Below, in pieces: positions 35,042 to 35,246 of a stretch of 35,246 nt of DNA; the first letter of the stretch is position 1, and every line of letters begins with the position of its first letter. Where the stretch lies: UHGV virus genome UHGV-0095853; one strand, given 5' to 3'. The position numbers and the translations under genes are program-made. This DNA comes from a virus. Under the pieces are notes generated by a model. It did not search any database. It saw nothing but the letters and a program-made list of their open reading frames with translations, and had not been told where the DNA came from.

Positions 35042-35246
35042 GGCCGTTGTGGTGGCCGGTACTGAATCTCCGGCATACGGTGCAGCCAATTAGGACTACG
35101 GACGATCACCGCTCGCGAAAGGGAAGGTTTGCGGCCGCATTTCCCTAACATCCAAGAAAGCTATCGCATCAGTCTGCGAATCCACCACAACGTTGAGAAC
35201 ACTGGTTGTCACGCTGCAACGCAACATTTATTCGTAGATTGGGATA

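Noticed and set aside
35042-35130. Third tRNA-like sequence ending CCGGCCACCA on the minus strand
   Set aside because: Could not build a consistent acceptor stem or T-arm; may be tRNA leader or decayed sequence at the window edge
1-35246. CRISPR array, rRNA genes, IS elements or transposases
   Set aside because: No regularly spaced short direct repeats, no rRNA-like conserved stretches, and no ORF with transposase-like motifs or terminal inverted repeats bracketing a gene

Overview
This 35.2-kb window reads as an internal segment of a P1/D6-like temperate phage (phage-plasmid lineage) from an enterobacterial host, mosaic with lambdoid accessory genes. All calls rest on motif-level reading of the translated ORFs and the raw sequence; no database search was run. 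Left arm (minus strand): Dam adenine methyltransferase, a short C5-methyltransferase-like protein, an RdgC homologue and four unknown proteins, then a HigB/HigA toxin-antitoxin pair, a three-gene module of unknown function, two exported proteins and a Ref-like HNH nuclease. Centre (plus strand, about 12.0-23.3 kb): a long operon of small accessory genes including a DUF4406 protein, four Ea22-like paralogues, a lambda-type Ser/Thr phosphatase, DUF551 and ASCH-like proteins, several exported proteins and a UmuD'-like gene behind a LexA box. Right arm: an operon with dUTPase, a DUF2829 (Tad2-like) fusion protein and an ATPase-dead paralogue of the terminase large subunit; a Cre/Dre-family recombinase next to a rox-like site; a gene at the c1-equivalent position; pacA/pacB with a GATC-hexamer cluster (candidate pac site); an Lpa-like gene; and two tRNA genes. 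A recurrent operator-like motif (core TGTGTTAGAAAA) marks at least seven promoter regions. No CRISPR array, rRNA or transposase was seen. I could not identify a single clearly novel system; the strongest candidates are the dispersed operator regulon, the recombinase/rox pair, the inactivated terminase paralogue and the three-gene SWIM-protein module.
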